From NCBI GenBank assembly GCA_963826145.1, contig CAWGVW010000002.1, positions 1,058,170-1,122,169 on the forward strand: a stretch of DNA of 64,000 nt. Direction: 5' to 3'. Positions 47,255-59,213 of this stretch are shown here, piece after piece (positions within the stretch are counted from its first letter, which is position 1; each line of letters opens with the position of its first letter). The translations under genes and the position numbers were made by a program. The notes beneath the pieces are model-generated. The model saw only the letters and a list, made by a program, of their open reading frames with translations, did no database searches and had not been told where the DNA came from. The DNA is from an uncultured Gammaproteobacteria bacterium (GTDB lineage: Bacteria; Pseudomonadota; Gammaproteobacteria; Steroidobacterales; Steroidobacteraceae).

Positions 47255-48093
47255 TGCGCGGTCTCCTCGCGCTCGCGATTACGCTGGCCGCGCTCGCATG
47301 CGAGGCCGACGTGGCGCCCGCACGGCGGATCGTGAGCCTCGCGCCGAATATCACCGAACTTCTCTACTCGGCGGGCGCTGGCGACCGCATCGTCGCCGCC
47401 GTCGAATTCAGCGACTACCCGCCGGCGGCAAAGCGATTGCCGCGCATCGGCGATGCCTTTCGCATCGATTATGAGCGGCTGCTCGCGCTGAAACCGGATC
47501 TTGTCATCGCGTGGCAGGACGGAACGCCGCCCGCGACGATCGAGGAGTTGCGCCGTCTCAAGCAGCCGGTGCGGGAGCTCAGGATCGCAGGGCTCGAGGA
47601 CGTTGCAAGCGCTCTGCGCGAGCTCGGATCCTGGGCGGGAACGGCAGTGCAAGCCGATCGGGCCGCTGACGAATACCTTGCCCGGCTCGAGTCGCTGCGC
47701 GCCCGGCATCGGACAGAGGCGCCACTGACGGTGTTCTTCGAGATTTCCGAGACGCCGCTCTACACCGTGAACGATCGTCATCCGATCAGCGAGGTGATTC
47801 GCCTCTGCGGCGGGTCGAATATCTTTTCCGATCTCAATCAGCTCGCGCCAGCTGTCGGCATCGAGTCCGTGCTCGCACGCAACCCGCAAGTCATTCTGGT
47901 CGCCGACGACGAGCCGGGCGCGCTTGAACACTGGCAGCGCTGGCCCCAGCTGACAGCCGTCCGTGAACGGAATCTCTATTCAGTGAGCTCGGACCGCATT
48001 TCGCGTACGACGGTGCGAATACTCGAAGGAGCGGAACAGGTGTGTGGGCGGCTCGCCGATGTCAGGCGCCGCCGTGCCGCGCCAGCACAGTGA
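47254..48093 (+). CDS. btuF: Vitamin B12 ABC-transporter periplasmic binding protein BtuF
   Basis: The ATG overlaps the ampE stop (TGATG). RRIVSLAPNITELLYSAG...FSDYPPAAK...LKPDLVIAW... is collinear with E. coli BtuF as I remember it. Confidence 0.85.
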   Translation: MRGLLALAITLAALACEADVAPARRIVSLAPNITELLYSAGAGDRIVAAVEFSDYPPAAKRLPRIGDAFRIDYERLLALKPDLVIAWQDGTPPATIEELRRLKQPVRELRIAGLEDVASALRELGSWAGTAVQADRAADEYLARLESLRARHRTEAPLTVFFEISETPLYTVNDRHPISEVIRLCGGSNIFSDLNQLAPAVGIESVLARNPQVILVADDEPGALEHWQRWPQLTAVRERNLYSVSSDRISRTTVRILEGAEQVCGRLADVRRRRAAPAQ

Positions 48094-48206
48094 GGACCGC
48101 GTCGTGCCCGGCTGACTCCAATGCGCGACAATCGCAACGCGGCCCGGGCCGATGTCATACTTTCGCCGACTAGCGGCCCTTGCTCGCCCATTGTTCGGGA
48201 GAATCG

Positions 48207-48749
48207 ATGTCGACAGTATCTGCACTTCCTCGCCGGCGCCCGGCCATTCCCAGCGTAGCGGCGGCGATCTTCGCCGCGTTCGTGCTCGCCGGTTGCAGCA
48301 GCTGGCACACGCCGAAGATGCACATGCCGAACTGGCTGTGGTGGAAGAAGCCGCCGCCGGAGCTGCCGCTCGTCGAAGAGCTCAACATCGTGTCCGAGAC
48401 GCCCGGCGCCGCCGGCGAGAAATTCGAGCAGCGGCGCGACTACGAGACGCTGGTGCTCGATGTCTACAGCGGCGGTGCGGGCAGCGTGACGATGGCACGG
48501 ATCGACGCGGACCGGCCCTGGCCATTTCATTTCGTCCTGCGCTTTCATCTGTCGGCGGTCGCCGTGCTCGACATCTACGGCGATCAGCACCTGCACATGA
48601 CGCCCGGCGCACCGAACAAGGACGGGCTGGTCGTGATCACGATCCCGACTCACATCTACTCCCGAACGACGGAGAAAGTGCGCGTGCAGTGGTCGCCCAA
48701 TGGCGCTCCGCCACCGCAGGCCGAGCCGCAACCGCAGCCGCAGACCTGA
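48207..48749 (+). CDS. Lipoprotein of unknown function with a Pro/Gln-rich C-terminus
   Basis: GGGAGA Shine-Dalgarno before ATG 48207. Lipobox FVLAGC. No family recognised. Confidence 0.55.
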   Translation: MSTVSALPRRRPAIPSVAAAIFAAFVLAGCSSWHTPKMHMPNWLWWKKPPPELPLVEELNIVSETPGAAGEKFEQRRDYETLVLDVYSGGAGSVTMARIDADRPWPFHFVLRFHLSAVAVLDIYGDQHLHMTPGAPNKDGLVVITIPTHIYSRTTEKVRVQWSPNGAPPPQAEPQPQPQT

Positions 48750-48763
48750 CGAGCCTTCCAGCG

Positions 48764-48994
48764 GAGCCGGGTACCGGGATGGTGTCTGGCAAGGCCGGTC
48801 TGGCGATGTTCGCGGGCAGGACATCCAAGGTATGGGTGTCCATATCGGGAGGTACTTTCGGGACCGCCGTAAATCCATCCCTGGAGGCTTCGGAAAAAAC
48901 GTCCTGTTTTTTACGATCCCGAAAGGACCTCCCGATACGGACACCCTTCGCGATGGAGCCGGCCGCAGACACGGCACCTCCCGGTACCCGGCTC
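48764..48994. repeat. 231-bp nested-hairpin intergenic element, related to the element at 28771-29093
   Basis: Outer 16-bp perfect inverted repeat (48764-48779 / 48979-48994). Inner 28-nt arms (48836-48863 / 48917-48944, two mismatches). Central AAAAAAC...GTTTTTT. Carries the shared 40-nt module at 48779-48818. Confidence 0.75.
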
Positions 48995-49011
48995 TGCCGG
49001 ACTGACGTCGG

Positions 49012-49971
49012 CTAGTCGTCGGAGGGTGCGCCGCCGGTGGCGGCGATCTGGTCGGCCTTCACCTTGGCGGTGTCGAGCTTGCGCGCCGAGGCGAGCATCT
49101 TGTCGAAGGTGTCGTCCCAGTCGGGTGGCGTCGTGCTGCGTACGAAGCGGATCGGGTTGACGCGCGCCACGACGAACGCCTTGAGATACGGGCTCGTGAG
49201 TCCGCGCGCTTTCAGTTCGGCAACCCGTTCGGACACCGCCTGGTCGAGCTCGATGAGTTTCGCGGCGCGCTTGGCGCGCAGCTCGAGTGCCGCCGGCAGT
49301 TTCGCAGCGAGAAAGGCTTCACAACGCTTCAGCACAGGGTTGTAGGCGCCGCCCGCGAATCGGCCGTTCTGCTCATAGCAGAGCCCGAGCGTGATCAGCC
49401 CCGGTTCCTCGAATTCGAGTGCGTAGTCCTTCTCCGGACCCGGATCGAGTTTCGCGAGTTCGCGCGCCATGCGTACGACTTCCATCGCCTTCTCGCGCAG
49501 GTTGTGCGCCTTCTCCGTGTTGAGCGCGAGAATCTTGAAGGCGATTTCGCGCTCCGGCACGACCAGGGCGACGATCGAGCGCGCGCCGAGCTGCGTCATG
49601 CTGGCGCGGCGGTGATTGCCATTCGGTGTCCAGTATGTCCCGTCATCGTTGCGTACGACGATGATCGGATCGAGGAAGCGGCCGATTTGATCGATCCGGT
49701 CGGTCAGCCGCTTGACGTGCGCTTCCGACAGGTCGCGCTGGAACGGTGTCGGTGCAACCTTGGCGAGCGGCAACGCAGCGAGACATTGCCAGGATCCGCC
49801 GAGCGGATCGCGATACGTGCCGATGACCTGGCCGCCATCGCCCTCGATGGCGGCCATGAGCGTGCGAACCGCAGCCGGCGCGTCCGCGTCCGCCACCTGT
49901 TTCGCTGTGAGGCCGCGCGAGGATTGCTCCGCGGCGGCGCGCTTCTTGCGGGGCTTGCGAGCTGCGGCCAT
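49012..49971 (-). CDS. ParB/sulfiredoxin-fold (ParB N-terminal domain) protein of unknown function
   Basis: From Met 49971, one nt after the upstream stop. ParB-Nterm-like core (PFQRDLSEAHVKRL...IVVRNDDGTYWTPNGNHRRAS). Basic N-terminus. 319 aa. Confidence 0.65.
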   Translation of the reverse strand: MAAARKPRKKRAAAEQSSRGLTAKQVADADAPAAVRTLMAAIEGDGGQVIGTYRDPLGGSWQCLAALPLAKVAPTPFQRDLSEAHVKRLTDRIDQIGRFLDPIIVVRNDDGTYWTPNGNHRRASMTQLGARSIVALVVPEREIAFKILALNTEKAHNLREKAMEVVRMARELAKLDPGPEKDYALEFEEPGLITLGLCYEQNGRFAGGAYNPVLKRCEAFLAAKLPAALELRAKRAAKLIELDQAVSERVAELKARGLTSPYLKAFVVARVNPIRFVRSTTPPDWDDTFDKMLASARKLDTAKVKADQIAATGGAPSDD

Positions 49972-49972
49972 C

Positions 49973-50569
49973 TCATGAGCTCCTTGCGGGTTTTCGGCGG
50001 GCAGTGCGCTTGCGCTCGGATGCTCCCGAACGCTTCCAGAGAATTTCGCCCTTGCGGCTGCGTCGCGCGAGCACGCGTGCCACCACGAACAGCAGGTCCG
50101 ACAGCCGGTTGAGGTAGCGCAGGATCTCCGGCGCCACGGCTTCCTGCCGCGCGAGCGCGCAGCATCGGCGTTCCGCACGGCGTGTGATCGTGCGTGCGAG
50201 GTGACATGCCGCGCCGGCCGGTCCGCCGCCCGGGAGAATGAAGTCCTTGAGCGGCGGCAGCTTTGCATTGAAGGCGTCGAGTTCGCGCTCCAGGCGCGCG
50301 ACCTGCGCGTCGCTGATGATTCGCAGACCCGGAATGCAGAGTTCTCCGCCGAGGTCGAAGAGGTCGTGTTGAACCTGCGTGAGACAGGTGATCACGTTCC
50401 GCGGCAGGCCGCGCGTTGCGAGCGTTACGCCGATGGCGCTGTTAGCCTCATCGACGGAGCCGTACGCCTCGACGCGGAGCGCGTCCTTGGGCGTCCGCTG
50501 ACCGTCGCCGAGGCCGGTCGTGCCGTCATCGCCGGTGCGCGTATAGATCTTGCTGAGTCGATTACCCAC
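49973..50569 (-). CDS. PduO-type ATP:cob(I)alamin adenosyltransferase
   Basis: IYTRTGDDGTTGL at the N-terminus, then YGSVDEANS and LNRLSDLLFVVAR. Confidence 0.9.
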   Translation of the reverse strand: MGNRLSKIYTRTGDDGTTGLGDGQRTPKDALRVEAYGSVDEANSAIGVTLATRGLPRNVITCLTQVQHDLFDLGGELCIPGLRIISDAQVARLERELDAFNAKLPPLKDFILPGGGPAGAACHLARTITRRAERRCCALARQEAVAPEILRYLNRLSDLLFVVARVLARRSRKGEILWKRSGASERKRTARRKPARSS

Positions 50570-50657
50570 GATGAGAGCCTAACCATCCCGGGACGCCTGC
50601 GGAAGATGCGCCCCACACTACCTTTCGGACGCGCCGCCCGCCAGAATCCATCACCGC

Positions 50658-51194
50658 ATGACCACGACCAGTCTCATCGTCCTCATTGCAGTCCTCATCG
50701 CGGCGAGCTTTCTCGGATACCGCAGGGCCTCCGGCCATGCCGATCGCGCAAGACGCATCGCCGCGAGCAAGGCCGAGCCGGTCGCGGTGGCCGACTTCAC
50801 GACGCCTCAAGGCGCCATCCTCATGCTCGAGGAGGCTTTCCGGCGGCGTGATCTCGACGGAGCAGTCGCCGCGAAGGACTTCCGCGTCGAAGCGGAACTC
50901 ACCGTCAACGCGCAAAACGCGTCGACGGCACCGGCCGAATCGCAGATCGTCGCGCGCGCGGCGGAACTCGAGCAGGAGTTTCGCAAGCTCATGCTGGACA
51001 GCTGGCCGGACTTCAGTGGCGTTACGACCGTTTTCACCGGCTGCGAGCCGTATCCGCCGCCGCCCGGTAACTTCAGCGCCACGAGCTTTGCAGTGGTCAC
51101 TGAGGTCAACCGCTTCACCGGTGGCGGCTTTTCCGAGCACCGTATCCTCGTGGCGCAGGGCGCAGGCGGCTGGCGAGTGCTCAATCCCCTCTAG
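50658..51194 (+). CDS. Membrane-anchored hypothetical protein
   Basis: N-terminal TM helix (SLIVLIAVLIAASFLGY). 178 aa. The 3' end overlaps the btuB 3' end by 4 nt (convergent genes). Confidence 0.5.
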   Translation: MTTTSLIVLIAVLIAASFLGYRRASGHADRARRIAASKAEPVAVADFTTPQGAILMLEEAFRRRDLDGAVAAKDFRVEAELTVNAQNASTAPAESQIVARAAELEQEFRKLMLDSWPDFSGVTTVFTGCEPYPPPPGNFSATSFAVVTEVNRFTGGGFSEHRILVAQGAGGWRVLNPL

Positions 51195-53017
51195 CGGCCT
51201 GCGAAGCGGTAGCGCGCACCCACATAGAGTCCGCGCCGCGGTGTGTTGTAGCCATCCGCGAGTTCGTAGTCCTCATCGAGCGCATTCTCGAGGCGCGCGT
51301 CGACATCGAATTGCGGCGTGATGGAGAAGCGGCCCGTCAGGTTCACAAGCGTATAGGGCGAGAGTGTCGCGTCTGTCGGAAATCCGAAGTCCTTGCGCTC
51401 GCCTGCCGTGAGCACGTCGATCCCGAACTGTCCGCGGCTGAAGGATTTTACGAAGGAGAGACTCAGGCTCGCGCGCGTGCGCCGGAGGAGCTGCGAATTT
51501 TCGGTCACGTTCTCGGGATCCTGCAGGCTTCCCGCGACCTGCAGGTGCCAGCTGGCACCGATCAATCGGTACGACGCCTCGATGCCATCGATGCGTGCCC
51601 GCTCGACGTTCTCGTTCATGCCATCGAAGGTCACGGGATCGGTGACCACGAACTCGATCAGGTCCACGATGTCATTGCGGAAGGCGTTGAGGGTCAGCCG
51701 TTGCTGGGCGCTGATGCGCCACTGCACTCCCACTTCGAGATTTTGCGACGATTCGGGCTTGAGATCCGGATTGCCGCCGAAGCCGAAGCGGTCGGTGGCG
51801 TCCGGCGCACGAAATGCCGTTCCGGCTGTCGCGACCAGGCGCACGCTCGGGCTCACGTCAAAACCGTAGTCGACGTTCCACGTGCCCTTGCTGCCCGCGG
51901 TGTCGTGATCCGTGTAACCGGCGGCGAGCAGCAGGTGATTGCGCCCGAACTCGAGCTGGTCTTCCACGTAGGCCATGAGGACGTCGGTGTCGACGTCGAA
52001 CGGCAGCCCGAACGAGAGGGCATCCGTGTGCTCGCGGCTGGCGACGGCGCCGAAGGCGATTGAATTGTGCGAACCCACCGCCAGCTCGTTCAGCCATTCG
52101 AGTGAATAGCGACGCGTGTGCGCGAAGTCGGGCGACTGGTGCTGGTCGATGTCGTTCTGCATCAGCGTCGTGCGCAGGCGCATGCGCCATTGCTCGCTGA
52201 CGTTGAATTCGCCTTCAAGCGCCGCGGAGTCATCGTCGTAATCGGAATCCGCCGGCGTGCCGGCGAAAGCGTCCGTGTACTGCGTGTTGCCGTCGGCATG
52301 CCAGGCGGTTGCGCGCAGTTTCACCGGGCCCGCTTGCAGATGTCCCTGCAGGCCGAGGGACAGGTTTCGATAACCGCGATCGTCTTCGCTGGACTCGAGC
52401 GTCGGGAAGCCCGCGCTGTCGAGCCAGGAGCCATTGAACGCCAAGCCGCTGCTTGCGCCCTGCAGCCCGGCGGAGAGGCTGGCGGTTTTCGTGTCGTAGC
52501 GGCCGTAGCCGGCGTAGGTTTCGATGCCCTGCATGTTTGCGCCGCGCGTGAAGATGTTGACGACCCCGCCGATGGCGTCGGAGCCATAAAGCGCTGAGCG
52601 CGGACCGCGGACGATCTCGATGCGTTCGATCGATTCGGAGGCGAGGTTCTCGAGCGCGGCGCCGCCGATCGTGCCCGGATTGATGCGCACGCCATCGACC
52701 AGCACGATCGTGTGGTTGCTTTCCGTGCCCCGCAGGAAGAGCGATGCCGGCTGGCCAGGGCCGCCGTTGCGGCCGATGTCGATACCGGCCTGGAAACGCA
52801 GAACGTCAGCCGCATCGGAGGAGAGCGAACGCGCGAGATCGTCGCGAGTGATTACGTTGACCGGCACCAGGATGTCGCCCTCGAGGGTCGGTGTGCGAGT
52901 GGCGGTGACCAGCACTTCGTCTTTCGGCACATCGCCCGCCGCGACAGGGGATGCCAGGGCGATCGGGATCGGCAATGAAAGCGCGACCAGAATGGCCGCA
53001 AAAAGTCTCGCTGACAT
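51191..53017 (-). CDS. btuB: TonB-dependent vitamin B12 outer-membrane receptor BtuB
   Basis: Signal peptide from Met 53017 and a TonB box (DEVLVTATRT). Plug and barrel motifs (FLRGTESNHTIVLVDGVRIN). A cobalamin riboswitch lies directly upstream. Confidence 0.88.
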   Translation of the reverse strand: MSARLFAAILVALSLPIPIALASPVAAGDVPKDEVLVTATRTPTLEGDILVPVNVITRDDLARSLSSDAADVLRFQAGIDIGRNGGPGQPASLFLRGTESNHTIVLVDGVRINPGTIGGAALENLASESIERIEIVRGPRSALYGSDAIGGVVNIFTRGANMQGIETYAGYGRYDTKTASLSAGLQGASSGLAFNGSWLDSAGFPTLESSEDDRGYRNLSLGLQGHLQAGPVKLRATAWHADGNTQYTDAFAGTPADSDYDDDSAALEGEFNVSEQWRMRLRTTLMQNDIDQHQSPDFAHTRRYSLEWLNELAVGSHNSIAFGAVASREHTDALSFGLPFDVDTDVLMAYVEDQLEFGRNHLLLAAGYTDHDTAGSKGTWNVDYGFDVSPSVRLVATAGTAFRAPDATDRFGFGGNPDLKPESSQNLEVGVQWRISAQQRLTLNAFRNDIVDLIEFVVTDPVTFDGMNENVERARIDGIEASYRLIGASWHLQVAGSLQDPENVTENSQLLRRTRASLSLSFVKSFSRGQFGIDVLTAGERKDFGFPTDATLSPYTLVNLTGRFSITPQFDVDARLENALDEDYELADGYNTPRRGLYVGARYRFAGR

Positions 53018-53124
53018 GAATGTGCTCCGCCTGCACGCCCGCAGGTCCGTGTGCATGAATGAACAGCGTGCGGGGGAAGCGTCGGGGAGCGATCTCCCAG
53101 GCCGTCGCCCACCGCGACACTGGC

Positions 53125-53315
53125 TGATGCTTGAGTCGGTCTCCGGGCTTACGAGGGTTGCGCTCGAGGGAAGCGCAGACCGCCGACATCGCCTTCCCGC
53201 GCCGCCTCGCGGCGCAGTGGCTTGGGCCTCTTCGGCCCTTGACGTCGGCGTTACTCGATTACCGTTGCGGGGGCAGCGCCGGTTTCACACCGGCTTCCCA
53301 TTACTCAAGCAACGA
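53125..53315 (-). promoter_or_regulatory. Cobalamin (B12) riboswitch in the btuB leader
   Basis: The minus strand reads GCTTGAGTAATGGGAAGCCGGTGTGAAACCGGCGCTGCCCCCGCAACGGTAA...GTAAGCCCGGAGACCGACTCAAGC. This gives a conserved core, a B12 box (AGCCCGGAGACC) and a closing P1 stem (GCTTGAGT/ACTCAAGC). Confidence 0.9.
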
Positions 53316-53367
53316 GCGGCAATGTAGGAGGCGTGCTCGATCGTTGTCAAGAATGGGCGGTGGGTCC

Positions 53368-53928
53368 TCAGGGAGTCGTGGACTCCGGTTTCTCGTCCGC
53401 CGCGCCGGTTTCGACGAGCCGCTTCAGCCGCTCCACCTGTGCCGTAAGGACGGCGTTCACTCCGCCCGCGATCGACGGGATCCCGTTCGGATAGGAACCC
53501 GCGAAGTTGTAGACGAGGACGAGTTCCGTGGCGGAATCCTTCGGCACAAAGGAAAAACTCATGGCGCCAGCGATGCCCGCGGTCTGCAGGGGGCCGAGCG
53601 CACCGCTCAGCGTCACGCGCTGGTTCGGCTCGACATTTACGACCGTCATGTGCAGGACACCGCCGCCGCCGGGGAGCGATTCGCAGAAGCAGCCGCCTGG
53701 AGTCGCTGTGAGACTGAGGTTGGCCGCATCCCCGGAGTAGGTGTGTTCCTTGTCCCACCATTTGCCGATCGCAAGAAACGACGCGTAGACCTTGTCGGGT
53801 GCGGCGGCGATCGGTACCGAGATGCGGATGCTCGCGGCATTTGCGGATGTCGACACGACTTCCGATCGCGCCGGGACGGCGAGCAGGGTGGCTGCCGCCA
53901 TGAGTGCAGTTGCAGGGATCAGTCGCAT
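53368..53928 (-). CDS. Secreted SRPBCC (START/AHSA1-like) superfamily protein
   Basis: Signal peptide, then KVYASFLAIGKWWDKEHTYSGD...LHMTVVNVEPNQRV, typical of Aha1/SRPBCC-family proteins. Confidence 0.65.
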   Translation of the reverse strand: MRLIPATALMAAATLLAVPARSEVVSTSANAASIRISVPIAAAPDKVYASFLAIGKWWDKEHTYSGDAANLSLTATPGGCFCESLPGGGGVLHMTVVNVEPNQRVTLSGALGPLQTAGIAGAMSFSFVPKDSATELVLVYNFAGSYPNGIPSIAGGVNAVLTAQVERLKRLVETGAADEKPESTTP

Positions 53929-53959
53929 TTTGGATTCTCCAGACGAGCGCGTGACGGCT

Positions 53960-54358
53960 CTAGTGCCACAACCCCAGGATCAGTCCGTACAACGTGAACT
54001 GGAGCGTGTGATAGCCGCCGTTCACAAGAAAGAGTCGTGAGCTGCGCCGCTCGAAGAGATAGTTGATGCCGAAGCTTGCGGCCACCCAGCACAATCCGGC
54101 CGACGCGCCGGCGCCGAGTCCGAGCGCGAGCGAAGGATTCGGTCCGAGGAAAAGTGCGAAAACAAACGCCGCGATCAGCGACAGCACAAACGCGCCGCCG
54201 AAGATGAGAGCCTGGTTGCCGCTGCGAAGCTGCTCCTCGCTCAGTCCCGCGGCCTTCTGCCACGCACGTTGAAATAGGACGGGCGAGTACCAGAGGCCGC
54301 CGAGCAGGAATGCGGAGAGGCCCGCCGTCAAAATGGCCCAGTAGTTCATTTCGCTCAT
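53960..54358 (-). CDS. DUF1761-family membrane protein
   Basis: MNYWAILTAGLSAFLLGGLWYSPVLFQRAW is characteristic of the family. Four TM segments. The start overlaps the tetR stop. Confidence 0.7.
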   Translation of the reverse strand: MSEMNYWAILTAGLSAFLLGGLWYSPVLFQRAWQKAAGLSEEQLRSGNQALIFGGAFVLSLIAAFVFALFLGPNPSLALGLGAGASAGLCWVAASFGINYLFERRSSRLFLVNGGYHTLQFTLYGLILGLWH

Positions 54359-54990
54359 GATCTTCCCCCCGGGCGATCGCCCACCGTTTCGTTGTTGTTG
54401 CTGGTGCTGGCGGCTTCCTTGAGAAGCCGGTCGAAAAACATCCGTAGCTGCCGGATACAGGCATCGAACTGCGCCACGTCGCGATAAGTGCGCGCGAGCA
54501 TTACGCCGCCTTCCATGGTCGTGAGCACGAACTGGGCGAGCTCGCGCCGATCGATCGTTGCGGGCAGCCGGTTGCCGGCTTCACGCAAACAGCCTTCGAC
54601 GGCATCGACCCAGCCGGCAAAGTTGTTCACGAGCTGCTCGCGGACGACCGGATCGGGTTCGTGGATCTCGAGTGCGAGGCTCCCGATGGGGCAACCGTAG
54701 GTGCAGTCGGTGTCGACGATGCTGCGCCGATAGCGGTCGAGCAGGCGGAAGATGCGCTCGATCGGATCCGTGACGCCTTCCCAGGCGGGAGTCAGCAGCA
54801 TGCTCCAGAGGCCGTCCTTGTACCCCGCGAGGACGGCAAGCAGGACGTCCTGCTTGCCGGGAAAATAGTGATAGAGACTGCCACTGTTGATGTCCGCCGA
54901 CTTCAGGATGTCGGAGACGCTGGTGGATCCGTAACCCTTCTCCCAGAAGAGGTGCATGGCGGCTAATACGATGCGCTGTCGTGTGTCCAA
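54355..54990 (-). CDS. TetR/AcrR-family transcriptional regulator
   Basis: N-terminal HTH (AAMHLFWEKGYGSTSVSDILKSADINSGSLYHYF). TTG start at 54990. Confidence 0.88.
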   Translation of the reverse strand: MDTRQRIVLAAMHLFWEKGYGSTSVSDILKSADINSGSLYHYFPGKQDVLLAVLAGYKDGLWSMLLTPAWEGVTDPIERIFRLLDRYRRSIVDTDCTYGCPIGSLALEIHEPDPVVREQLVNNFAGWVDAVEGCLREAGNRLPATIDRRELAQFVLTTMEGGVMLARTYRDVAQFDACIRQLRMFFDRLLKEAASTSNNNETVGDRPGGRS

Positions 54991-55009
54991 GGCCGCGGAT
55001 CATAATCTT

Positions 55010-55029
55010 AGTTGATTGATCAATCAACT
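55010..55029. promoter_or_regulatory. Perfect 20-bp palindrome, candidate TetR operator
   Basis: AGTTGATTGATCAATCAACT lies 20 nt upstream of the tetR start. A second near-palindrome, TAGGCGATCGATAGCCTA, lies at 55032-55049. Confidence 0.6.
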
Positions 55030-55136
55030 GTTAGGCGATCGATAGCCTATTGAGATGCCTTGCTTTTTCGACCGCCCCGCGTAGGAGCAACTGCGCTCAT
55101 GCCGTACCATCGGAGTAGTTTCACGGCGAGGTTGCA

Positions 55137-55897
55137 ATGTCACCGTTCCTGTCTGCGGCACTGGATGCAGCCCGTGCCGCTGGCCAGATCATCACGCGCC
55201 TGTACCACGAGGGCGTCGACGTCAGCTACAAGGCCGATCGCTCGCCGGTGACACGCGCCGACGTGGAATCCGAACGCGCGATCCGCTCGATTCTCTCGGA
55301 GCGCTTTCCGGATCATGGTTTTTACGGCGAAGAGACGGGCCGCGAGCGCACGGGCGCGGAGTATCTGTGGCTGGTCGATCCGATTGACGGCACCAAGGCG
55401 TTCGTCCGCCGCTATCCCATGTTCTCCACGCAGATCGCGCTCATGCGACGCGGAGAACTCGTGGTCGGCGTGTCGAGCGCACCGCTTTACGGCGATCTCG
55501 CGTACGCGGAGCAGGGGGGCAGCGCGTGGCTTAATGGCGAGCCGGCGCGAGTCTCAGGGATTGATCGGATCGAGGAATGCGCCCTGTCCGCGGGCAATCT
55601 GCGCACGCTGGCGTCCGGCGCGCGCTGGCCAGCGTATGGCCGCATCGTCAGCCGCGTGAACCGCATCCGTGGCTATGGCGATTTTCTCCACTATCACCTG
55701 CTTGCAAGCGGACGCATCGACGCGGTCCTGGAATCCGACGTGAACATCCTCGACATCGCGGCGCTCGTCGTCATCGTGCGCGAAGCCGGCGGGACGGTGT
55801 CGGATCTCGACGGTCGCGACATTACGCTTGAATCGACGAGCGTACTCGCAGCCAACGGGATCCTGCACAGGAAGATCCTCGGCGCACTCGCCGCTGA

Positions 55898-55901
<4 letters not shown>
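55137..55901 (+). CDS. Inositol monophosphatase-family phosphatase (SuhB/HisN-like)
   Basis: Motifs SPVTRADVESE, GEE and WLVDPIDGTKAF. 254 aa. Confidence 0.85.
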
Positions 55902-59041
<3,140 letters not shown>

Positions 59042-59213
59042 TTTGGTAATCGCCTTATGCCAAATCCCGGCACCGGCTTATCGGTTCCCGCAGGTGTTTC
59101 TGAAGGTGGCCGAGGCCGGCCACGGCGTTAGTAGGCCAGCGGAAAGCGGGACTTGTGGCCCGGTTGGCGTACGGCGAGCAATTTTGCCTTGCAAAAGACG
59201 GCGAACGCGGCTG

